Positions 63,949-64,000 of a stretch of 64,000 bases of DNA are shown piece by piece (position 1 is the stretch's first letter; every line of letters starts with the position of its first letter). Source of the DNA: Cyanobacteria bacterium J06626_4 (GTDB lineage: Bacteria > Cyanobacteriota > Cyanobacteriia > Phormidesmidales > Phormidesmidaceae); the NCBI GenBank assembly GCA_038523235.1, contig JBCBJQ010000024.1, positions 1 to 64,000 on the forward strand, read 5' to 3'. The position numbers were made by a program, and so were the translations under genes. Under the pieces are notes generated by a model that was not told where the DNA came from, ran no database searches, and saw only the letters and a program-made list of their open reading frames with translations.

Positions 63949-64000
63949 AAGACCAATCTCCAAGGTGCAGAGTGTTGTTACATCTATCACTCAGGGTGAT

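Overview
This is cyanobacterial DNA: the HIP1 octamer GCGATCGC recurs throughout, and the gene families are typical of filamentous Leptolyngbya/Nodosilinea-like strains (taxonomy is inference). In order, the window holds glgB; a string of regulator, detoxification and transport genes; and an ~11 kb island with TWO cobalt-type nitrile hydratase operons. One has a split beta subunit. They flank a biuret/guanylurea-hydrolase-like cysteine hydrolase, a NitT/TauT ABC importer and an Lrp regulator, with NtcA-type promoters and no classical amidase. Next come an ATPase plus TPR/STAND/WD40 NLR-like pair, a small secreted peptide gene and a PLP decarboxylase. These are followed by a glycine-betaine-type demethylation cluster (BCCT, Rieske oxygenase with no reductase, dimethylglycine oxidase, sarcosine oxidase, MTHFR-like, SdaA, GntR) whose divergent promoter carries two NtcA boxes and three palindromic operators. 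The remainder is a DUF433/PIN pair, pyrC-like and histidine phosphatase genes, a pentapeptide-TIR gene, and a six-gene sigma-like/DUF1822/CHAT-CHASE2/DUF928/haemagglutinin-TPR-CHAT cluster that looks like a protease-based signalling system. Small mobile repeats are also visible (a 233-bp MITE, a 27-bp in-frame insertion splitting a HIP1 site, REP-like palindromes). No rRNA, tRNA, CRISPR array or transposase was seen. All family assignments come from motif recognition by eye, not database searches.
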